A stretch of DNA of 64,000 bases from NCBI GenBank assembly GCA_964057225.1, contig CAXKVF010000076.1:186001-250000 (forward strand). The letters run 5' to 3'. The DNA is from Auanema rhodensis. Its lineage: Eukaryota > Animalia > Nematoda. The notes under the pieces are model-generated. The model was not told where the DNA came from and ran no database searches. It was given only the letters and a program-made list of their open reading frames with translations. This document shows positions 14,001-24,611 of this stretch, in pieces. Position numbers and translations under genes: made by a program. Each line of letters starts with the position of its first letter. Position 1 is the first letter of the stretch.

Positions 14001-17000
14001 ACTAATATGGACATGGGGAATCTAATTTTAAAAACCGCATCTCTTTATCTTTCACTTGAAGCGAGTTACATACCAAGTGCACATCACGTGTACATTTAAT
14101 TAGCATAAATTAAAGTTCACGTAAAATTCAAAGTCATGGTTACCATGCACCAATATCAATAAAAATTTGTTTTTAGACTAATATGGACATGGGGAATCTA
14201 ATTTTGGAAACCGCATCTCTTTATCTTTTACGTGAAGCGAGTTACATACCAAGTGCACATCACGTGTACATTTAATTAGCATAAATTAAAGTTCACGTAA
14301 ATTTCAAAGTCATGGTTACCATGAACCAATATCAATAAAAATTTGTTTTTAGACTAATATGGACATGGGGAATCTAATTTTGAAAACCGCATCTCTTTAT
14401 CTTTCACGTGAAGCGAGTTACATACCAAGTGCACATCACGTGTACATTTAATTAGCATAAATTAAAGTTCACGTAAATTTCAAAGTCATGGTTACCATGC
14501 ACCAATATCAATAAAAATTTGTTTTTAGACTAATATGGACATGGGGAATCTAATTTTGAAAACCGCATCTCTTTATCTTTCACGTGAAGCGAGTTACATA
14601 CCAAGTGCACATCACGTGTGCATTTAATTAGCATAAATTAAAGTTCACGTAAATTTCAAAGTCATGGTTACCATGAACCAATATCAATAAAAATTTGTTT
14701 TTAGACTAATATGGACATGGGGAATCTAATTTTGAAAACCGCATCTCTTTATCTTTCACGTGAAGCGAGTTACATACCAAGTGCACATCACGTGTACATT
14801 TAATTAGCATAAATTAAAGTTCACGTAAATTTCAAAGTCATGGTTACCATGCACCAATATCAATAAAAATTTGTTTTTAGACTAATATGGACATGGGGGA
14901 TCTAATTTTGAAAACCGCATCTCTTTATCTTTCACGTGAAGCGAGTTACATACCAAGTGCACATCACGTGTACATTTAATTAGCATAAATTAAAGTTCAC
15001 GTAAATTTCAAAGTCATGGTTACCATGAACCAATATCAATAAAAATTTGTTTTTAGACTAATATGGACATGGGGAATCTAATTTTGAAAACCGCATCTCT
15101 TTATCTTTCACGTGAAGCGAGTTACATACCAAGTGCACATCACGTGTACATTTAATTAGCATAAATTAAAGTTCACGTAAATTTCAAAGTCATGGTTACC
15201 ATGAACCAATATCAATAAAAATTTGTTTTTAGACTAATATGGACATGGGGAATCTAATTTTGAAAACCGCATCTCTTTATCTTTCACGTGAAGCGAGTTA
15301 CATACCAAGTGCACATCACGTGTACATTTAATTAGCATAAATTAAAGTTCACGTAAATTTCAAAGTCATGGTTACCATGCACCAATATCAATAAAAATTT
15401 GTTTTTAGACTAATATGGACATGGGGGATCTAATTTTGAAAACCGCATCTCTTTATCTTTCACGTGAAGCGAGTTACATACCAAGTGCACATCACGTGTA
15501 CATTTAATTAGCATAAATTAAAGTTCACGTAAATTTCAAAGTCATGGTTACCATGAACCAATATCAATAAAAATTTGTTTTTAGACTAATATGGACATGG
15601 GGAATCTAATTTTGAAAACCGCATCTCTTTATCTTTCACGTGAAGCGAGTTACATACCAAGTGCACATCACGTGTACATTTAATTAGCATAAATTAAAGT
15701 TCACGTAAATTTCAAAGTCATGGTTACCATGAACCAATATCAATAAAAATTTGTTTTTAGACTAATATGGACATGGGGAATCTAATTTTGAAAACCGCAT
15801 CTCTTTATCTTTCACGTGAAGCGAGTTACATACCAAGTGCACATCACGTGTACATTTAATTAGCATAAATTAAAGTTCACGTAAATTTCAAAGTCATGGT
15901 TACCATGCACCAATATCAATAAAAATTTGTTTTTAGACTAATATGGACATGGGGGATCTAATTTTGAAAACCGCATCTCTTTATCTTTCACGTGAAGCGA
16001 GTTACATACCAAGTGCACATCACGTGTACATTTAATTAGCATAAATTAAAGTTCACGTAAATTTCAAAGTCATGGTTACCATGCACCAATATCAATAAAA
16101 ATTTGTTTTTAGACTAATATGGACATGGGGAATCTAATTTTGAAAACCGCATCTCTTTATCTTTCACGTGAAGCGAGTTACATACCAAGTGCACATCACG
16201 TGTACATTTAATTAGCATAAATTAAAGTTCACGTAAATTTCAAAGTCATGGTTACCATGCACCAATATCAATAAAAATTTGTTTTTAGACTAATATGGAC
16301 ATGGGGAATCTAATTTTGAAAACCGCATCTCTTTATCTTTCACGTGAACCGAGTTACATACCAAGTGCACATCACGTGTACATTTAATTAGCATAAATTA
16401 AAGTTCACGTAAATTTCAAAGTCATGGTTACCATGCACCAATATCAATAAAAATTTGTTTTTAGACTAATATGGACATGGGGAATCTAATTTTGAAAACC
16501 GCATCTCTTTATCTTTCACGTGAAGCGAGTTACATACCAAGTGCACATCACGTGTACATTTAATTAGCATAAATTAAAGTTCACGTAAATTTCAAAGTCA
16601 TGGTTACCATGCACCAATATCAATAAAAATTTGTTTTTAGACTAATATGGACATGGGGAATCTAATTTTGAAAACCGCATCTCTTTATCTTTCACGTGAA
16701 GCGAGTTACATACCAAGTGCACATCACGTGTACATTTAATTAGCATCATGGTTACCATGAACCAATATCAATAAAAATTTGTTTTTAGACTAATATGGAC
16801 ATGGGGAATTTAATTTTGAAAACCGCATCTCTTTATCTTTCACGTGAAGCGAGTTACATACCAAGTGCACATCACGTGTACATTTAATTAGCATAAATTA
16901 AAGTTCACGTAAATTTCAAAGTCATGGTTACCATGAACCAATATCAATAAAAATTTGTTTTTAGACTAATATGGACATGGGGAATCTAATTTTGAAAACC

Positions 17001-20000
17001 GCATCTCTTTATCTTTCACGTGAAGCGAGTTACATACCAAGTGCACATCACGTGTACATTTAATTAGCATAAATTAAAGTTCACGTAAATTTCAAAGTCG
17101 TGGTTACCATGCACCAATATCAATAAAAATTCGTTTTTAGACTAATATGGACATGGGGAATCTAATTTTGAAAACCGCATCTCTTTATCTTTCACGTGAA
17201 GCGAGTTACATACCAAGTGCACATCACGTGTACATTTAATTAGCATAAATTAAAGTTCACGTAAATTTCAAAGTCATGGTTACCATGCACCAATATCAAT
17301 AAAAATTTGTTTTTAGACTAATATGGACATGGGGGATCTAATTTTGAAAACCGCATCTCTTTATCTTTCACGTGAAGCGAGTTACATACCAAGTGCACAT
17401 CACGTGTACATTTAATTAGCATAAATTAAAGTTCACGTAAATTTCAAAGTCATGGTTACCATGCACCAATATCAATAAAAATTTGTTTTTAGACTAATAT
17501 GGACATGGGGAATCTAATTTTGAAAACCGCATCTCTTTATCTTTCACGTGAAGCGAGTTACATACCAAGTGCACATCACGTGTACATTTAATTAGCATAA
17601 ATTAAAGTTCACGTAAATTTCAAAGTCATGGTTACCATGCACCAATATCAATAAAAATTTGTTTTTAGACTAATATGGACATGGGGAATCTAATTTTGAA
17701 AACCGCATCTCTTTATCTTTCACGTGAACCGAGTTACATACCAAGTGCACATCACGTGTACATTTAATTAGCATAAATTAAAGTTCACGTAAATTTCAAA
17801 GTCATGGTTACCATGCACCAATATCAATAAAAATTTGTTTTTAGACTAATATGGACATGGGGAATCTAATTTTGAAAACCGCATCTCTTTATCTTTCACG
17901 TGAAGCGAGTTACATACCAAGTGCACATCACGTGTACATTTAATTAGCATAAATTAAAGTTCACGTAAATTTCAAAGTCATGGTTACCATGCACCAATAT
18001 CAATAAAAATTTGTTTTTAGACTAATATGGACATGGGGAATCTAATTTTGAAAACCGCATCTCTTTATCTTTCACGTGAAGCGAGTTACATACCAAGTGC
18101 ACATCACGTGTACATTTAATTAGCATCATGGTTACCATGAACCAATATCAATAAAAATTTGTTTTTAGACTAATATGGACATGGGGAATTTAATTTTGAA
18201 AACCGCATCTCTTTATCTTTCACGTGAAGCGAGTTACATACCAAGTGCACATCACGTGTACATTTAATTAGCATAAATTAAAGTTCACGTAAATTTCAAA
18301 GTCATGGTTACCATGAACCAATATCAATAAAAATTTGTTTTTAGACTAATATGGACATGGGGAATCTAATTTTGAAAACCGCATCTCTTTATCTTTCACG
18401 TGAAGCGAGTTACATACCAAGTGCACATCACGTGTACATTTAATTAGCATAAATTAAAGTTCACGTAAATTTCAAAGTCGTGGTTACCATGCACCAATAT
18501 CAATAAAAATTCGTTTTTAGACTAATATGGACATGGGGAATCTAATTTTGAAAACCGCATCTCTTTATCTTTCACGTGAAGCGAGTTACATACCAAGTGC
18601 ACATCACGTGTACATTTAATTAGCATAAATTAAAGTTCACGTAAATTTCAAAGTCATGGTTACCATGAACCAATATCAATAAAAATTTGTTTTTAGACTA
18701 ATATGGACATGGGGAATCTAATTTTGAAAACCGCATCTCTTTATCTTTCACGTAAAGCGAGTTACATACCAAGTGCACATCACGTGTACATTTAATTAGC
18801 ATAAATTAAAGTTCACGTAAATTTCAAAGTCATGGTTACCATGCACCAATATCAATAAAAATTTGTTTTTAGACTAATATGGACATGGGGAATCTAATTT
18901 TGAAAACCGCATCTCTTTATCTTTCACGTGAAGCGAGTTACATACCAAGTGCACATCACGTGTACATTTAATTAGCATAAATTAAAGTTCACGTAAATTT
19001 CAAAGTCATGGTTACCATGAACCAATATCAATAAAAATTTGTTTTTAGACTAATATGGACATGGGGAATCTAATTTTGAAAACCGCATCTCTTTATCTTT
19101 CACGTGAAGCGAGTTACATACCAAGTGCACATCACGTGTACATTTAATTAGCATAAATTAAAGTTCACGTAAATTTCAAAGTCGTGGTTACCATGCACCA
19201 ATATCAATAAAAATTTGTTTTTAGACTAATATGGACATGGGGAATCTAATTTTGAAAACCGCATCTCTTTATCTTTCACGTGAAGCGAGTTACATACCAA
19301 GTGCACATCACGTGTACATTTAATTAGCATAAATTAAAGTTCACGTAAATTTCAAAGTCATGGTTACCATGCACCAATATCAATAAAAATTTGTTTTTAG
19401 ACTAATATGGACATGGGGAATCTAATTTTGAAAACCGCATCTCTTTATCTTTCACGTGAAGCGAGTTACATACCAAGTGCACATCACGTGTACATTTAAT
19501 TAGCATAAATTAAAGTTCACGTAAATTTCAAAGTCATGGTTACCATGCACCAATATCAATAAAAATTTGTTTTTAGACTAATATGGACATGGGGAATCTA
19601 ATTTTGAAAACCGCATCTCTTTATCTTTCACGTGAAGCGAGTTACATACCAAGTGCACATCACGTGTACATTTAATTAGCATAAATTAAAGTTCACGTAA
19701 ATTTCAAAGTCATGGTTACCATGAACCAATATCAATAAAAATTTGTTTTTAGACTAATATGGACATGGGGAATCTAATTTTGAAAACCGCATCTCTTTAT
19801 CTTTCACGTGAAGCGAGTTACATACCAAGTACACATCACGTGTACATTTAATTAGCATAAATTAAAGTTCACGTAAATTTCAAAGTCATGGTTACCATGC
19901 ACCAATATCAATAAAAATTTGTTTTTAGACTAATATGGACATGGGGAATCTAATTTTGAAAACCGCATCTCTTTATCTTTCACGTAAAGCGAGTTACATA

Positions 20001-21264
20001 CCAAGTGCACATCACGTGTACATTTAATTAGCATAAATTAAAGTTCACGTAAATTTCAAAGTCATGGTTACCATGCACCAATATCAATAAAAATTTGTTT
20101 TTAGACTAATATGGACATGGGGGATCTAATTTTGAAAACCGCATCTCTTTATCTTTCACGTGAAGCGAGTTACATACCAAGTGCACATCACGTGTACATT
20201 TAATTAGCATAAATTAAAGTTCACGTAAATTTCAAAGTCATGGTTACCATGCACCAATATCAATAAAAATTTGTTTTTAGACTAATATGGACATGGGGAA
20301 TCTAATTTTGAAAACCGCATCTCTTTATCTTTCACGTGAAGCGAGTTACATACCAAGTGCACATCACGTGTACATTTAATTAGCATAAATTAAAGTTCAC
20401 GTAAATTTCAAAGTCATGGTTACCATGAACCAATATCAATAAAAATTTGTTTTTAGACTAATATGGACATGGGGAATCTAATTTTGAAAACCGCATCTCT
20501 TTATCTTTCACGTGAAGCGAGTTACATACCAAGTGCACATCACGTGTACATTTAATTAGCATAAATTAAAGTTCACGTAAATTTCAAAGTCGTGGTTACC
20601 ATGCACCAATATCAATAAAAATTTGTTTTTAGACTAATATGGACATGGGGAATCTAATTTTGAAAACCGCATCTCTTTATCTTTCACGTGAAGCGAGTTA
20701 CATACCAAGTGCACATCACGTGTACATTTAATTAGCATAAATTAAAGTTCACGTAAATTTCAAAGTCATGGTTACCATGCACCAATATCAATAAAAATTT
20801 GTTTTTAGACTAATATGGACATGGGGAATCTAATTTTGAAAACCGCATCTCTTTATCTTTCACGTGAAACGAGTTACATACCAAGTGCACATCACGTGTA
20901 CATTTAATTAGCATAAATTAAAGTTCACGTAAATTTCAAAGTCATGGTTACCATGCACCAATATCAATAAAAATTTGTTTTTAGACTAATATGGACATGG
21001 GGAATCTAATTTTGAAAACCGCATCTCTTTATCTTTCACGTGAAGCGAGTTACATACCAAGTACACATCACGTGTACATTTAATTAGCATAAATTAAAGT
21101 TCACGTAAATTTCAAAGTCATGGTTACCATGCACCAATATCAATAAAAATTTGTTTTTAGACTAATATGGACATGGGGAATCTAATTTTGAAAACCGCAT
21201 CTCTTTATCTTTCACGTGAAGCGAGTTACATACCAAGTGCACATCACGTGTACATTTAATTAGC

Positions 21265-21272
<8 letters not shown>
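5049..21272 (-). repeat. 176-bp satellite array, orientation B (reverse complement of 1-5029), ~92 monomers
   Basis: Reverse complement of the same monomer (…GAAAACCGCATCTCTTTATCTTTCACGTGAAGCGAGTTACATACC…), period 176 apart from two 148-bp deletion monomers. Confidence 0.99.
15755..18665 (-). repeat. 8-monomer (1380 bp) tandem duplication carrying a 28-bp deletion monomer
   Basis: The same deletion junction TAGCA^TCATGG occurs at ~16745 and ~18125 (spacing 1380 = 8x176-28). Flanking variants GGGGGATC, GAACCG, GGAATTT, GTCGTGG and TTCGTTT also recur at +1380. Boundaries are approximate. Confidence 0.9.

Positions 21273-21298
<26 letters not shown>
21271..21298 (-). repeat. 3' microsatellite tail of LINE 1, (AATA)7
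   Basis: Plus strand reads (TATT)7 directly abutting the target-site duplication. Short-repeat tails are typical of CR1/L2/RTE-type LINEs. Confidence 0.92.
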
Positions 21299-21791
21299 CG
21301 TTCTATATCACAGATTCTTGATAATCAAAAGCTTATTGTGAACGTAGGTATACTGCGAAAAAGCATCTTACAATATGAACTGGGGAAAGTAAATTAAAAA
21401 TTACAATCAGAAAAATTAGAAAAAGGATGAAAGTGGTAAATAGTTGTATAATAGAATAGACTAGAATACAAGAAATATAACAAAACGATATTGAAGCATA
21501 TGAGATTCTATTACTATTTCTCAGCAGTTTGTGAAAACAAAAACAGATTATGTTCAGCAAAGTTTGATGAACTGACTCTTTAAATATAGCTGATCAGGTG
21601 CGGTGGAACTCAGAAATGAGTCAAGCCCGTTCTAATAGCAAAGAGAAAAACTGTTACTCATTGCTACGACTGATGTTGATACAGTATAGATGACAGTAGC
21701 AGTCTGGCAGAAAAAAAAAGTAAGAAAAGAACCTTGTATGTTAATTGAAAAGAAAACGATGATACAGATTAAAAAAAAAAAAAAATAATGG

Positions 21792-24611
21792 TCACGATAA
21801 AATATGAGACAAGATATGTTTCCGGAAAGAATGTTTTGTACGAAGGCTGACTATGGCTTCAGGAAGAGAGTTCCATAGATTTACAGTTCTGTATTCAATT
21901 CCATTCCTTGTTTCTGTCCTCCATAGAGTAGGATGAGCTAGATTCCATTGGTGTCTGCGCAGAGAATTCAGATTCTTGATAATGAAAAAAGATTGTGAGT
22001 TTCCTGTGGCTTCTATTGTTATATGAGCAAAATAGAACAATAGATCAGAAAGAACCCTCCTAGTTATCAGATCTTCAGTTTCAAGATAAGATAGCTGATC
22101 TTTGTAAGTTAGGTCAAGACCGGCTCGGCCAAAGATTGCTTTAAAAAACTTTTTCTGAACTTTTTCTATTCGTTGTTTGCCTGCAATGTTCTGTGGTGAC
22201 CAGATAACTGATCCATATTCAAGTATGGGTCGGACGTAACAGCTGAAAAGTTTGAACAATAATTTAGGACATTTAGAGTAGAAACAACGGAGAATAGTTC
22301 GGCATTTGACGGCCGCAATACTACAAATTGAATTAATGTGTTTTTCGAAAGACAAGTTATTTTCCGTCCAAATACCCAGATCTTTGTATGCAGATACTAT
22401 AGAGAGAGATGAATCGCCAAAAGTGAAATTATTAATGTTGTGATAATTAGATGATTTGTTAGAGACAATCATTACTTTAGATTTTTCGGTGTTGACTTTC
22501 ATTTTGTTATCATGACACCATTTGTAAAGAGAATTAAGAGCATTTTGAAGGCTCTCAGGGTTACAACTATGAAGTTTTAGATCATCAGCATATAAAATGG
22601 GATGAACATCGGATGTGAATAAGGAAGTTATGTCGTTTATGTAAAACAGAAACAGTAGAGGGCCAAGAACCGTTCCTTGAGGAACCCCACATGTAAGACT
22701 AACAGGGTCGGATAGACTTTTGTTGATGAGTACAGAGTAAGAACGGTTTTGGATAAAAGATCCAAGAAAATTAAGAAGAGACCCACGAATTCCAATAGAT
22801 TTCAATTTTGCAAAGAGAATGGAGTGATCAATGAGATCGAATGCTTTTGAGAAATCAATAAACGCAACAAAAACTGTATTTTTATCATCAATAAGTGATC
22901 TCCATTTGATATGGCTGGAAACAAGGGCTGTTACAGTGCTGCGTTTAGGAAGAAAAGCGTGCTGAACATTGGAAATGCTGCCCGAGGATACACCAAAATG
23001 AAGAAGGGGAGATCGAATAAGTCGTTCAAAGACTTTAGATAAACTTGGGGTTAGTGAGATTGGACGGTAATTAGAAGGATCAGAAGGGTTGCCTTTCTTG
23101 AAAACCGGACGTATCCAAGCTGTTTTCCAGTCAGGAGGACAAGAAGAAGAAACAAGGAGGTTATGAAAAATAAACGAGAGAGGATTGCAGAGGGTGCCTG
23201 CACATTGTTTGAGAAAGTAGTACGGAATTCCATCCGGAGAAGTAGATGCGCGCGAAGGAAGGTGAGAAAGAATGTTGAAAACCTTTTCAGGGGAGATGTC
23301 GATGAAGTCAATGACTGATGGAGAGTAATTGAGAAGATGAGAGTAAGTGGAAGATGAAGAGGGTTTGACAGCAAAGACGGAGGAAAAAATTTCAGCTTTG
23401 TCTACGTCAGAGAAAACCAAAGTTTCGTTGATTTGTAGAGTAGGGATATCAGAAGAGTCTTTACCAAGTCGTTCGCGACAGAATTGAAAAAATGCTTTTG
23501 AATTGTTGGTAGAAGCTATGTTGTTTTCATCAATGGCAGATTTGAGTTTGATGAGTTTATCTAAGGTGACAGATAGCTTTTTGCGAAGAAGCTCATCCTG
23601 AGCGAAAAGAGAGTTGCTTAACCGGTTAACACGATTGTTAAGTTTCTGAATGTCACGATCAAGTTTTTTTCTTTTCTTTGCCTTTTTGAATGGGACACAG
23701 CTTTGAATTATTGATTGGACAATTGCAATAAACTTAGAATAGGAAGTTATAGCGTTTAGACCACATAATTCAGTAGCGAAGTCAATGCCAGCTAAAAGGC
23801 TATTTATTTTACCATAATCGGCCGAGAAAAAGTTACGACTAGAAAAAGAGGAAGAGAGAGAAGAGGGCCTGGAAGTAGCAACTTTGTTGATTTGAGCAAA
23901 TGTGAGAGGATCCAAAATAATGTTAAAGAAAACCGAGTAATGATCAGATTGGCCAAGAGGGCTATTGCGAGAAATGTTCTCTACACAGTGAACACTGTTG
24001 GTGATAATGTAATCCAAGATGTTTTTACCTCTGGTTGGGAAAGTAACTAATTGACTGGATGAAGACTGTTGAAGAAAGTTGAGAATAGATGAAGTAGAGG
24101 GGGAACTGCTTGACGAATGGATGAGATCCCAGTCAATGTGAGGGAAATTAAGATCGCCTGTTAAGAAAAACCTGCGGTTCGAGATAAGAGTTTGAAATTC
24201 GGTTAGAAAAAAAAGAAAGTCAGAGTGCTGAGATGATGGAGAACGATAGCAGATTGAGAAAACGACGTCAGAAGGTATAATGAGAACATTGAGGTATTGA
24301 ACAGTTGATTGAGAAGGAGAGCATGAGAGAAGACGACTATTAATGTGTTTTTTAATATAGAGGAGGACTCCTCCTCCTCGAGAAGTTGATCTGTCATCAC
24401 GGAAAATGCAGTAAGAATCTCTCAAAGGAAGGGAGCTAGAGTTGAAATCAGGAAACAGCCAGGTCTCAGATATAGCAATAATGTCTGGACTGAGAGTCGA
24501 ATGAACAATTGGTATTAAGTGTAATTTATTGACAATAGATCGTGCGTTATAACAAGAGACTGTAATTTTACTACATGCAGCAGTAGAGATTGTTGATTGG
24601 AAATTAACGAA
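21792..24611 (-). CDS. LINE 1 ORF2: apurinic-like endonuclease + reverse transcriptase (no AUG start; probably entered by +1 frameshift from ORF1)
   Basis: APE motifs YNARS, ISETW, RGGGV, CYRSP, GDLNFP, LDY, SDH. RT motifs SPDGI, NYRPISLT, FIDFSKAFD, GVPQGTVLGPLLF, YADD, KDLG, YVRPILEY. The frame is open up to at least 24671 (a TTG). The 5' coordinate given is the predicted shift codon. Confidence 0.95.
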   Translation of the reverse strand, partial: FVNFQSTISTAACSKITVSCYNARSIVNKLHLIPIVHSTLSPDIIAISETWLFPDFNSSSLPLRDSYCIFRDDRSTSRGGGVLLYIKKHINSRLLSCSPSQSTVQYLNVLIIPSDVVFSICYRSPSSQHSDFLFFLTEFQTLISNRRFFLTGDLNFPHIDWDLIHSSSSSPSTSSILNFLQQSSSSQLVTFPTRGKNILDYIITNSVHCVENISRNSPLGQSDHYSVFFNIILDPLTFAQINKVATSRPSSLSSSFSSRNFFSADYGKINSLLAGIDFATELCGLNAITSYSKFIAIVQSIIQSCVPFKKAKKRKKLDRDIQKLNNRVNRLSNSLFAQDELLRKKLSVTLDKLIKLKSAIDENNIASTNNSKAFFQFCRERLGKDSSDIPTLQINETLVFSDVDKAEIFSSVFAVKPSSSSTYSHLLNYSPSVIDFIDISPEKVFNILSHLPSRASTSPDGIPYYFLKQCAGTLCNPLSFIFHNLLVSSSCPPDWKTAWIRPVFKKGNPSDPSNYRPISLTPSLSKVFERLIRSPLLHFGVSSGSISNVQHAFLPKRSTVTALVSSHIKWRSLIDDKNTVFVAFIDFSKAFDLIDHSILFAKLKSIGIRGSLLNFLGSFIQNRSYSVLINKSLSDPVSLTCGVPQGTVLGPLLFLFYINDITSLFTSDVHPILYADDLKLHSCNPESLQNALNSLYKWCHDNKMKVNTEKSKVMIVSNKSSNYHNINNFTFGDSSLSIVSAYKDLGIWTENNLSFEKHINSICSIAAVKCRTILRCFYSKCPKLLFKLFSCYVRPILEYGSVIWSPQNIAGKQRIEKVQKKFFKAIFGRAGLDLTYKDQLSYLETEDLITRRVLSDLLFYFAHITIEATGNSQSFFIIKNLNSLRRHQWNLAHPTLWRTETRNGIEYRTVNLWNSLPEAIVSLRTKHSFRKHILSHILS

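Noticed and set aside
21265-21272. Strict sequence-specific targeting (R1/R2/SART-like) of the satellite
   Set aside because: The two insertions are at different monomer positions with different TSDs. Only AT-richness and tail microhomology are shared.
21333-21560. 75-aa ORF in LINE 1 3' UTR (and 89/104-aa ORFs at 54879-55203 in LINE 2)
   Set aside because: They have low-complexity composition and no mutual protein similarity between the two elements. The shared signal there is at nucleotide level.
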